A DNA stretch of 64,000 bases from Callorhinchus milii (lineage: Eukaryota). Numbering within the stretch: the first letter of the stretch is position 1; every line of letters starts with the position of its first letter. The translations under genes were made by a program, and so were the position numbers. The stretch is taken from positions 116,686,001 through 116,750,000 of the forward strand of contig NW_024704742.1 in the NCBI RefSeq assembly GCF_018977255.1, written 5' to 3'. The notes below the pieces were generated by a model. The model saw only the letters and a program-made list of their open reading frames with translations, searched no databases and was not told the DNA's origin. Shown piece by piece: positions 27,651 through 39,297 of this stretch.

Positions 27651-27990
27651 TTGATATAGCGCTTTTCACATCTTCTAGACGTCTCAAAGTGCTTCACAGA
27701 ATATACTGCAAAGTGAATGGCTGTATATTTGTGGGCGAAACAGCAGCCCATTGGACACAGCAGTGTCCCACAAACAGTCGTGGATTGAGTTACCAAACGA
27801 TTATTTTTTTTAAGGATAATTAGCCCCGGAAAAGCAATCCACCAATTGACTAACAACCAGGTTCCTACTTATTGCTAGGTAAACAGAGGCGTAAACTAGG
27901 TAAACTTGCCCAACATTTCACCCTATCGGAAATCGAACACAGGTCTCTCGCTTCTGAGGCGAGTGCTCTAATCACTGAGCTACAGGAATC
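27648..27990 (-). mobile_element. tRNA-derived SINE, long subfamily, tail-to-tail with an L2 3' end
   Basis: Head at 27940-27990 (reverse complement), internal segment, and a tail that abuts the L2 (TTG)n. Confidence 0.85.
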
Positions 27991-28535
27991 TGATCTGGAA
28001 CTGTGGAGTTTCATTGCATGCTATTTGTAGTGATTTCATATGATAAACCTTAATGCCTTAGATTACTACAGAATAGTCTGTCATGTCTTTCAGTTGAACT
28101 CAGTGCCTCAAAGCACCTGACAGGTAATGACTGTAGCGACTGTTATTGTCGGCAAATGTGGCAGCCATCAAGTTCCAAGAGGAAAATGATAAATTAACAT
28201 GGAGGATTGTTGGGCTGCACACCGGAAGCAATGCCTTTTCTTTTTGAAAAGTATCAAAAGGATTTTTCATAGCTGTTGAAACAGGTGGACAGGATTTAAG
28301 TTTCATTTGAAAGTTGGTACATCCCACATGTTTCCCTGTACTGAGACATGTTTGGATGTTGGATGGTATATTATTAGTGTCCTCACTGGTACAAATCTTC
28401 ACATTGTCTGTCACGCTTTGACATGCTTTGTGTCTCCTTCGCTTGTTGAGGATTGATCTCAATGATACAGCTTTGATGCATCACTGTGTGCGCTCAGACT
28501 TAGAAACTTTTGTAAATTTGTCATTCCGTTATTAC

Positions 28536-28851
28536 TGAGTCCTGCAGCTCAGTGGTTAGAGCACTCGCCTTGCAAGCGAGACACCCGGGTTAAATTTCAG
28601 GCAGGGCAAAACCTTGGCCGAGTTTTCTTACTCCACACGCCTAATAATAATCCCTCCAAAACAAAACAATAATAAATTGGTAATTTTCAATCCACAACTG
28701 TTTGTGGGACACTGCTGTGCGAAATTGGCTGCCGCGTTTCGTCCACACATATACGGTCAATTCACTTTACAGTGTGTTCTGTGAAGCGCTTTGAGATGTC
28801 GAGAAGACGTGAAAAGCGCTATATCAAATGCAAGGATTATTATTATTATTA
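28536..28851 (+). mobile_element. tRNA-derived SINE (short subfamily)
   Basis: gagtcctgcagctcagtggttagagc head, (TTA)n tail, TTATTACT on both sides. Confidence 0.9.
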
Positions 28852-28854
28852 CTC

Positions 28855-29275
28855 AAAACGCACTCACCGCTATCTCCCCAGCTCCACTATTCAAAAAATC
28901 CGTCTCATTCAGAATTCTGCTGCTCGCATACTTACCCGGACCAAACTCCGTACCCACATCTCACCAGTTCTGGCCAGGCTCCACTGGATCATACTCGTGT
29001 TCAAATCCCGTCACTCCCTGGCACCTCCCTACCACTCCGACCTCCTTACTCCCCAATTCACCACCCAGCGCCTTGCTCGATTGGTACCGGCCTCCTGCTT
29101 GTCCCGCACACCCTCCACCTTTGGAGGTCGCGCATTCAGCCACTACACCCCGAAACTGTGAAACTCTCCCTCAATCCCTCCGCTTTGCACCCTCTCTCCC
29201 CTTTTACAAGTCCTGCCTAATAACCTTTCTTTTTCGACTGTGCTTATGGTCACCTCTCCCCCCCTGAACTGGCTC
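28855..29275 (+). mobile_element. L2 LINE 3' fragment
   Basis: IQNSAARILTRTKLRTHISPVLARLHW. Confidence 0.85.
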
Positions 29276-29571
29276 GGAGTCTCCCTTCTCACAGAGTATT
29301 TAGGAGTCGTTTATAGAAAATTCAATATATTTAGTTTATTTCCAAATTTTACAGAGTTGAGGCCTACAATGTTAAAACAGCTCAAGATTTTGAAAAATGT
29401 TTTAACTTCACTATAAATTTCAATGGCACTAAATGATGTAAACTACATAGCAAAAAAAGAGGTGAACAAATTAAATACAATTGTATAAATAACTTAAGAT
29501 TGCATTTACTTCTGTTCAAACACTGTTGCAACAGTAACAAGAAAGATATAATAACATTATTGAGTGCAACA

Positions 29572-29632
29572 ATAGTACATCAAAGTAGAATCTGAATAAC
29601 AATTTTATTCAGATTCTACTTTGATGTACTAT
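29572..29632. repeat. Perfect 28-bp inverted repeat with 5-nt loop
   Basis: atagtacatcaaagtagaatctgaataa-caatt-ttattcagattctactttgatgtactat. Confidence 0.97.
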
Positions 29633-30333
29633 CAGTCATTTCACTTCAAAATTATTATGAAATAATAAAGGGAAAAGACCAAAATGTTAAGTCTTAAAAT
29701 TTGAATACATTAGAGTAATACTGTACTAGCATGAAACATCTAGATACTTTCCAGAAAAAAAACCTTATGTAACAAGTTTGACAAGTTAAACAAGTTAAAC
29801 GCCAAATTCATATTAACTGAATGATATTAAACAAGACTGAAAAACAAACAAAACAGTAAACACATTTCACCCTTTACTAATGATTCACTGGTATACGATA
29901 AACCGTAACGGCTAGAACAAGTCATTTAATTTTCATTTGTTTGAATAAATATTTTGGGGTAAGTGGATTTTTTCAACAGAAGTCTGCTTTGTTCTGTTAC
30001 AATGACAAAAGTCACTGCTTAACATGAAAAATTATACTATGTAACCAGTGCATTATCCATGTTCAGTTCTAAAAGAGGGGAAAAGCTTCTTCAAGTGAGT
30101 GCCATATAAATTAAATATTGACTTCAGTGAGAGATAATAGCGAAAATGTTCTTAAAAAGATGCAATTACTGTGAAATGCAAGAAAGGAATGTAAATTTAG
30201 GATAATGACATTTTTGTTCTCGAGCCAATAGTTTGGCATTTTTTAAAGGAAAAAAATGAAGATACAGTGGATTCCAGTTTGATCAGATTTCTTCTGTTCA
30301 TAAAACATTTGCGTTAAATGTTTGGAGAATTTT

Positions 30334-30485
30334 TTAGAAATCCCAATTGTCACACTCTATGTAATGTTTCCAGTGTTGGTCTATGATGTAACTTGGAAAT
30401 AATTCATTATTGGTTATCAGTAGAATCTCCCGAATCTGCATAAAACTGCTAGGAGATTTCATGTTCGTAGACTGTTTGGGAGCTT
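30334..30485 (-). CDS. ANKRD31: ANKRD31 last coding exon, C-terminal REC114-binding motif and stop
   Basis: ttttgacag|AA GCT... gives EAPKQSTNMKSPSSFMQIREILLITNNELFPSYIIDQHWKHYIECDNWDF* (TAA at 30336-30334). Confidence 0.9.
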
Positions 30486-30864
30486 CTGTCAAAACACAAA
30501 ATGAATCAGTTTTTGTTACCAGTAACAGATTAATATGCTGACAGCCAAGTGGATAAAGGGAGCACTGAAGTACACAATAGGGTAAAACATTTAATAAATA
30601 ATAAATAATAATAAATAATAAAGGAAAACGTTTGGATTTGATCAGTAAAACCAGAGGACACGGCATGTGATTGAAGGGGGTTAAATTCAGAACAAATCTG
30701 TGGAAACAGATATTAAACAGAACAAGTTATATACTCTATTATTATGGTCTTTAGTCAAAGGATTGAAGGAGGAAAGAAACAAGTTTAAAAAAGAAATTAA
30801 GGGAAGAAATGGAGCACAGTTTAATACTTATTTGCTCATGAGTGGAACATTTATTTCAACATAC

Positions 30865-31018
30865 CTGTGACAATGCTGCATTGTGTTGGGACAGAAGATG
30901 TCTTATCTGTTAAGGTAGTTAATTTGGCTGACTGTAATAAAGGTCGTGACTGTGGAACTACAGTCGACGAATTAGTCATGGGAACGTATTTTAAAAGTTC
31001 CTTTCCTCTGTATGTAAC
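30865..31018 (-). CDS. ANKRD31: ANKRD31 penultimate coding exon, 154 nt
   Basis: ttttcacag|VTYRGKELLKYVP...TQCSIVT + G|gtatgt. Completes the AWNK-VTY RAMA motif; phase 0 to 1. Confidence 0.88.
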
Positions 31019-31106
31019 CTGTGAAAATAATACGGTTATGAAATGCTGAACTATGGCAGAGACGTTCCTGATTCGATTTGATCACTTGAGTGTTGTTGGC
31101 ACACTT

Positions 31107-31775
31107 ATAATAATAATAATTCTTGCATTTGATGTAGCACCTTATCACATCGTTGAGACTTCTCAAAGCGCTTCACAGAATGTACTATAAAGTGTAGTGA
31201 CTGTGTATTTTGTGGGCGAAATGTTCTACTGCATGAAGGGAAAAGATTAAATGACATTCAGATGAAGCACAAGTAAACTTCTGGAAAGGTTTAACATAGC
31301 GGCAAGAGTAATAATATTTGCATTCAATCATTTCAAGATATTATGGTAGTTACCACACATAACTCTATTTCCAAATGTAATTCACATGAAAGATTGATAA
31401 CATTTAAGATGATTTTGTATCAGTAATATGAATATTTTACTGCTAAATGAATCTAAATCTAATTCTAACCCACCTGTAATAATCCTTGCATTTGATATTG
31501 TGCTTTTCATGTCTTCCAGATGTCTCAAAGCGCTTCACAGAATATACTGTAAAGTGAATTGACTGTATATTTTGTGGGTGAAACGTGGCAGCCAATTGTG
31601 CACAGCAGTGTTCCACAAACAGTCATGAATTGAGTGACCACATTATTATAATTTTTTTGGAGGGATTATTACCCCAGGAAAGCAATACGACAATCGACTA
31701 ACAACCGGGTTCCTACTTACTCCTAGGAAAACAGAGGCGTGTGGAGTGAGGAAACTTGCCAAACATTTTGCCCTA
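31107..31775 (-). mobile_element. Long-subfamily SINE interrupted by a templated insertion
   Basis: SINE 3' part at 31107-31223, then a segment copied from 61440-61820, then the SINE 5' part to about 31775. Confidence 0.85.
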
Positions 31776-32194
31776 CGACCTTGAGCATCCCTTCAAGCCA
31801 TTCAATTTGAATAACAGGAATGAATCATTAAATAAGAACATAAATGGAGAACTGGGTAGTGCAATACACTGGAGAATTATGTTTCGCTTCCAAGACTCGG
31901 TTTTGAATCTAAGCAGGACTTTGGCAATTGTAAGGATCCAATCTTTGTGGAATGAATTTGAATAGATTCAACACCACTGCTAGTAGATGCAAATCCGAAG
32001 TATAAAAACTGTTTAAAACCAAGCAATGATCACTTCTACTCAACTGTTAGTCTGACTATAAAAACATTAAAAATGTCTGGTATATGTTACAAATGCAATT
32101 TAGTTTGATCTACATACTCTAACATTAATATTTAACATGAGGTATCATGATTAACATGTTAAAGAAATAATGTAGCTGAAAATCAATATCCAGC

Positions 32195-32875
32195 TAACAA
32201 CAACAACAACAAAATTACATTTATAGAGCAAACAAACAACGTGATTTCAGGGAGATCGAAAGCACGGTCGAAGAGGAGGGTCTTGAAGGCGGCAAGGGAG
32301 GGGGCGAGGCAGAAGAACTGCGGGATGGAGTTCCAGAGGGTGGGGGCAGAGTGGCAAAAATCCCACCTGCCAATAGTGGGGCGAATGAGGCAGAGGGCAT
32401 GAAGCAGGCCGGAGCCTGCTGAGTGGAGGGAGTAGGTGGTTAGAAGGTCGCGGAGGTAGGGGGGGAGCAAGACCATAGAGGGCTTTGAAGGTGAGGACCA
32501 GGATCTTGAGTGATGACGGTGGTTTTTAGTGGGGTGGGAACAGTGCCAGTGGACGGAGAGAGGTTTATGATGTCTGTGAGTCTGTGAGGGGCAAGGAGGT
32601 GGAGCTGGGAGATAAGGAGTGGGGTAGGGATGGGGTCGAGGGAGCAGGTGATCAGTTTCACACGGGTGGGGATGAGAGAGGAGGGGGAGACAGGTTCGAA
32701 GGTATGGAGGAAGGGATCGATAGGGTTGGGGTGGGAGGGATAGATGGGGATGGGGTAGCAGATGGAATGGCAGAGGCAGCTGAGGGGATTCCTTCGACTT
32801 TGGATTCGAGGAAGTCCAGCATCACCTCGCAATTGGCATTTGAGCTGAGGATTGGCGAGGCGCGAGAGGGTGCAC
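32195..32875 (-). mobile_element. Internally deleted L2 LINE
   Basis: The pre-RT region (CSLDPIPT...LKTTVIT) is joined directly to the ORF2 C-terminus; (TTG)n tail near 32195-32212. Confidence 0.85.
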
Positions 32876-32974
32876 TATATGACCTAGTTCGCTGAACCAC
32901 CACTAAGCTCTGATCATAAACATAAATAGGAAATTTTTAATTCCTTGGGTGTTAATTACAGCTACAGTTATTCT

Positions 32975-34550
32975 AGGTGGCGGCAGGGTGGCCCTCATCT
33001 CCCAAACTTCTCTCACTCTATTCCTCCAGCTCCTTCCCTCTTTTGAAAATTTAACCCGGTACTGTCCTTCCCTCTCCTTCAAAATCCTCCTTATTTATCA
33101 TCCTCCAAAACCACCTGGTTCCTTCATCCCTGACATCTCCTCCCTCCTCTCATCCATCTACCTCTGCACTGAACACCTGATCATAATAGGTGATTTCAAT
33201 CTTCACCTAAACTCCTCTTGTCCCATCTCCTTTGATTTCACTGTCCTCACCCTCCACATAAACTCCCCGAACCATAACCAAAGCCTCTCAATCTCGTTAT
33301 CACTCACGGCCTTAACATATCCGATCTGTCCACCATAAACAAGACCATTTTAGACCGTTTCCTCATCTCCCTCTCCTCTTGCATACCCCTCTCCTCTTCA
33401 AAACCCTCCACCATCTTTTTCCGACCTTGGAAAAAGCTTCCACCCGAATCCTTCACAAACGAGTCCTTACATCATACTGATGCAGCAATCAAGCTGCTAA
33501 ACGATTGCTTCTCTGCAACCCTCAACTTCCTTGCTCCCCTGAAATCCAGGTCTGTCTCCAAAATCTACCCACTCTCCCGGCAATAACAATCACCTCCTAA
33601 GACGGCGCTTGTCAAGGTTACAAACGACGTCCTCTCTCTCTGTGACCAGGGCTCCCTCTGCCTCCTTGTCCTCCTCTCCGCCATGTTCGATACAGTCGAT
33701 CATGCTATCCTCCTCCACTGCCACTCCTCCATCATCCACCTCCATGGGACTGCACTTGCCTGGTTTGAGTCCTACCTAACAAACCGCCTTCACTTTGTCT
33801 CTTCAAACTGTTTCTTCTTCTAACCCTACCTGGTCACCTATGGTGTACCCCAGGGCTCCATCCTTGAGCCTCTCCTCTTCCTTATCTATATGCTCCCTCT
33901 TGGTGATATCATCCCAGGATTCTGCATATATGCAGATGACAAATCTCACTGGGCTATCCCTCATACTCACCGATACCTAAGCATCAGGTTCGACCCACAG
34001 CTGTCCTTCCTTCCCCACATCTGGTCCCTCACCAAGACTACCTCTGGCATATTGTCTGCCTCTGACCAAAACACTCATCCATGCGTTTGTCACCTCCCAA
34101 CTCGACTTTTCCAATGCCTTCTTTGCCGGTCTCCCCAGCTCTACCATGCACAAGATCCAGCTCATCCAAAACTCTAGCACCTGCACACTCACCCGTACTA
34201 AACTTCATACCCCAATCACACCAGTTCTAGCCAGGCTCCACTGCTTCCCTATCGTCAAACGGATCGATTTCAAGATCCTCACACTTGTTTTGAAATACCT
34301 TCATGCTCTGGCATCTCCCTACGTCTTCGATCTGCTTACTCTCAACCTACTGCCTCCGCTCGACTGGTTCTGGCTTTCTTCATGTCCCTCATGCCTTCCG
34401 TTCCATCATCGGTGGCTGCGCTTTCAGCCACTACTCCCTGAAACTCTGGAACACTCTTCCTCTATCCCTCCATTTTGCCCCTTCCTTCCCCGTCTTCAAG
34501 GCGTGCCTGAAGACCTTCCTCTTCGACTATGCCTACGGTCACCTTCCCAT
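32975..34550 (+). mobile_element. L2 LINE remnant (endonuclease to 3' end, multiple deletions)
   Basis: [43 protein letters not shown]. Confidence 0.9.
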
Positions 34551-36436
34551 CAAATTTCCCTCACAGGTTCCAGAAGCTGAGCAATGTTAATGCTTTTTTT
34601 CACATTTTATGCTGATCAGATGAATCTCTTACACTTTCCTCTATGCCATTCAGGTTTTAAATGCTTGACACTTGACAGAGCATAAATAAAGTGTGGAATC
34701 TCTCAAATTTCTAATATTCTAAAATAAAACAATTGGTCACTTCAATCCACGACTGTTTGTGAGACACTGCTGTGTGCAATTGGCTGCCGTGTTTCGTCCA
34801 CAAAATATACAGTCAATTCACTTTACAGTGTATTCTGTGAAGTGTTTAGAGACGTCTCGAAAACTTGATAAGGCACTATATCAAATGCTAGCATTATTAT
34901 TATTCTCAGACCATGACAGGCCCTGTCTGCAGTCAAGATAACTCCATCAACCTATCGTGTTTCGTCTTTTTGAAGCAAGTCTGTTGGTTTGCATCTGCTG
35001 AACTGTGATTACAACAGTGTAGAGGGATGTAGCTTATGTGTCTTCATTTCAATTACCTTACTGTACTTTACAAGGCCCAGCCTTTTCTGAAAGGATAGGG
35101 GGAAAAAACACAAGCATTGTCTCAAGATTGCTCTTATGCACCTGCTAATAGCTGGTTTACTGTCAAAGACAGGATCCTAATCGCTGAAGATGTGCCTATT
35201 GCATATTTTGGCATGGGGAGACTAGGGACAAATGAAAACTCTTGGCTTTAGTTGTAAGATCACTGTCTCAAAATTGTACAAAAATTTAGAAAATTGTTAA
35301 ATTGTTAGTTTTAATTTGGAATCTGTTTTTCTGCACTTCTTAGACAATAGCATTTCGGTCTCTGAATATCTCAGTTCAAAAAAATACTGGTTGTTGCTAG
35401 ATGTCTTTGTATATGTGTAAACCTATAGTAGCTCATACATTACACAGGGTTAAGAAGTTGATCTTACAACTGAATGATGTTAACCAGAACACCTTTTTAT
35501 GATCGTAGTAGTTGTTTTAATGCTGGCTAGGCTTAAAGTTAACTATGCATTTTCGTGCAGCCTCATCATCAACTGTTATGACTTAATTTCTTAGACGCTG
35601 CGAATTTCTTCCTCGTTAAAGTCTGCATCAAATCTGCATTCTTCTCCTGTGGCCCATTTTCTAAACATTTTCCAAGAGCACCTTCTCAATGACTTTTAAA
35701 GGTAGAAAAATGAGCATCAATAACTTGAATTTGCTTTTGTTATTAACAGTTCCTCAGTGATTGTTTGATTTTTCATACAAAAATTCTAGTGGTTGAATAT
35801 AATCCTGGCAAATGTCTGTCAGTAAATGCGTGAAGAGAAATGGATCTAAGGAACCGGAAGTTTGCTCTTCGAAACAAAAAATTCCTATGGTCATTCAAGC
35901 AATTCAGTAAATGCTTCAGAAGAATGATATAAAAGACAATTGCTTTCATTTGTAGATATCTAGCCGAAGCAGTTACATAAAAGCGGGCCTTTTTTTTCTT
36001 TTACCAATTACAGGCTGACCCTGTTAGATTGTAGATGAGCACAGATTCACTTATAAAGTCTACGATTGGCTTTCGGTGCTAACTAGACAGCTTCTCATGG
36101 CAAACAGTGTTAAGTTCCAAGCCATCAGGTTACTGCTGATGTCCCTTCGCATTGCTCGCTACGCACAGGAAGCCTTTCTGATGTTGCTTCCTGTGTGCTG
36201 TGATTTTTCTTAATGAAGGATTTATTGGCGTGTAGAGGACATGGGATTACCACTAACATAAAGAATGGTGAACAGAATGCAGATACAAGCAAAACTTGGG
36301 AAGTACATTGTTAAATCAGGAATTTTCCAAGGAGAATGTTTGTGGGAATATGCATCTAAGGTAGTGTCCCTTCAAAGTGTTTCAGCAAATGATTACAACA
36401 GCCTTCCACCCCGAGCTTTAAAATCAGTAGCTGTAC

Positions 36437-36577
36437 CTTGTTCCATGCAACCCTCCAGTTGACTGGAATGTCGTCACCCAGAAGTGCTTTCATCCAACGC
36501 ACTGGACTACGATGGCTAATTCCATTACTACTTCTAATCAAACCACTGCTCAGGAGCTCAGCTTTATGACAAGATCC
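36437..36577 (-). CDS. ANKRD31: ANKRD31 coding exon, 141 nt, RAMA-like domain core
   Basis: atccttag|GSCHKAELLSSGLIRSSNGISHRSPVRWMKALLGDDIPVNWRVAWNK|gtacag; phase 0 to 0. Confidence 0.9.
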
Positions 36578-39297
36578 CTAAGGATAAGAAACCAACATGG
36601 GTTATTACAAACCATCCACCCTAAAATTATTTAATCTTAAATCAAAAGGGACGTTATGTAAAACAGCAAATAGTTTAGAATATGTCCCTCCACCAATTAT
36701 TCACCTGGATCATGAAAAACACAGTAAAACTGCATTACTTGTTCATCATCTACCAGGAAAAATTAAAAAAAACTTAGCAGGTTTTCTTTGGTTAATGTGG
36801 GTGTCTTGAAGGTCTGACACAATCATAAACCCATCACCATGCTTGAGCGAATCCAAACCAGACTAAGAATTCCACATATGTATGCCACCTACACATGAAA
36901 TGTCATTGTGTTTGGAATGGAACGTGCATTTTCTCCCTGAAGGGACACAGCCTGCTTCCCTGGTTCTGAAAAGCATTAGGCACAGGTTGACACGAGCAAT
37001 ACCCTCTTTTGACAAGAACCAAAACTTAGCAAACAGAGGAGAATAACCAATAGCCCACATGAACAAGGAGGGGGAATAACACCCACATTGACAAAATAAG
37101 GATATGTGATTCATTCAATTTTCATTGTAAAATTAGAGCTGTAACTTTTGACTTCTGGTGTGTGGACTGAGACAGATTGTAGAGACAAAACATTGTCAAA
37201 TGTTTTATTTCACAATGTTGATGTTTGATGTTATTTTATCAGATGTTATAATAAATAATAATCCTTGCATTTGACATAGCTCCTTATTACGTCTTCAAAA
37301 TGTCTCAAAGTGCATCACAGAATATACTGTAAAGTGAATTGACTGTGTATTTTGTGGGTGAAACAAGGCAAGAGAGGTAGGAAATATGATAATGTTAAAA
37401 ATGTCACTGGCATAGATTGATGAAGTCTGTAGAAGCCTGCAGATAGTTTTGATGCCTCTAAAGTATTGACCTCCTGACTGAATATAAACTATAAAAATGC
37501 ATGAAAACCCAGTTAAAAAATATATACAAGACACTTTAAAGGTGAGAAATTCTCCACATTGCTAAGTGTATTTTAATAAAACTCAATAGGGTGGGTGGAG
37601 GCGGGGAGTTAAGCATGTTAGAAATACAATGAAAGCTTAATTTTTTTAATATAGGTATCCTCTGGATCTGTGCATGCTATATCTGATCTTGTAGTACTTG
37701 AAGCTGATCCTTGGTGTCCAAAATTGGAAAGCTTTATTCTGTTATTTCCGAGATAACCCCCAACGACCCCCATCAAAACATAAAGTGCACTAAATGTATA
37801 AATAAGGCTATATTGTGTGGACTGAAGTCAGAACAGGAAAACTTAGTTCTCAGAAATTTGAACTAGTGAATGCCCTGCTTCTAAAAGCACTCCAAGACTC
37901 TGCCCCATGTGAAGGGTGCTATGCAAGTTGTCGTTGAAATCCACAAATCAGCAAATATGTAGCAGTAAAACAGTTACGGTGATCATCAAATGGGTTACAA
38001 TGTATTGCTTCAGTGGTTTTCACTTAAAATAGGAATAGGAAAATTGGGTGCATGTTTTTGTCTGCGTTTAGATATTGCTTATTCAGCCACAAACACAAAT
38101 TACTGTAGCTTATACATTTTTTAGATCTTAATGCATTTCATCTGCGGGAAGTATTCCACTCTGCTCTCTCAAAGCAATTTACTTAACTGCTCCGAGCTGA
38201 GCAGTGCTCCTCCTGCACTCAGTCATGTTACACTCAGCTCTTCTCTGCCAGAACTCGTCACCACATATTTTAGAATGATCAACTTTTTCCACGTTTCAAT
38301 GAAACATAAAAATTAAAATTAAAAAATTAAAAAACCTAAAAAATTAAAAACATGAAACATAAAATTAAACATTGTAAAATTGCACAATGTTGAAATTTGA
38401 TGTTCTTTTATTAATGTTCCACAAGTTGTCAAGCAAGATGGGTAAGAATTATGATAAAAACATATTAAAAACAATATCCTGCGGATAGTTTTGATGTCTC
38501 GAAAGTACTGACAACCTGATCCTGTTAAAAAATACACACTATACATTTTAAGAGTGGGAAATTCACCACATTGTTAAGTGTACTGATATCTTAGCTCACA
38601 CTGACAATATTGTTACATTTAGCAACCTGATAAATTTCTCACTCTTAATATACAAGCCTGTATATGGAGGTAGCACTTTCAGCATAAAGTACTTTCCCTG
38701 GAGAGCTTGTGAAATGTTTAATAGTATTTAGTATAATAGTTAATAATATTTTTCCACCTCTTTAGGAGAATTTCCAGATGACATAAATTGCTGGTGTTTT
38801 GGAGATGTGCATTTTGAGCCTCGCTGCTGCAAAAATATATACACAAGAATGTGATAATTATCAGAATTTCTATGCTTTGATAACCCCTTTTTCATATATC
38901 CCAATGTTAACTCAACATTTCTAATTTTGTTGTAGTTAGAGGCGCTGGCATCCCGAATGCTGATCCACTGTCATACAAACAGAGCCACTTACTGATGACC
39001 TCAGCATCTCTCTTAACAGTATGAGACCCAAAATAGCGATTACAATTGGTGACTGTTTTTTTCTATTAAAGAGAATAAAAAAACTCTTTAAAAATTCCGA
39101 GTACATTTTATGGATGAGAAAGTCCTAGTGTTGCTACTGTGGTAACGTACATGATAAAAATCCTGTGAAGTGCTTTGAGACGTCTGAAGAACATGATAAG
39201 GCACTATACCAAATATAAGGATCATATTATTATTTATGAGATTTACATTGCATCAAAAACATTCTCTACAACAGAATTGCCCCAATTAATGATCTAC

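Noticed and set aside
35988..36020. Plus-strand polypyrimidine tract plus CAG suggesting an antisense exon or conserved element
   Set aside because: No donor, ORF or other support is visible; it would need transcript or cross-species data.
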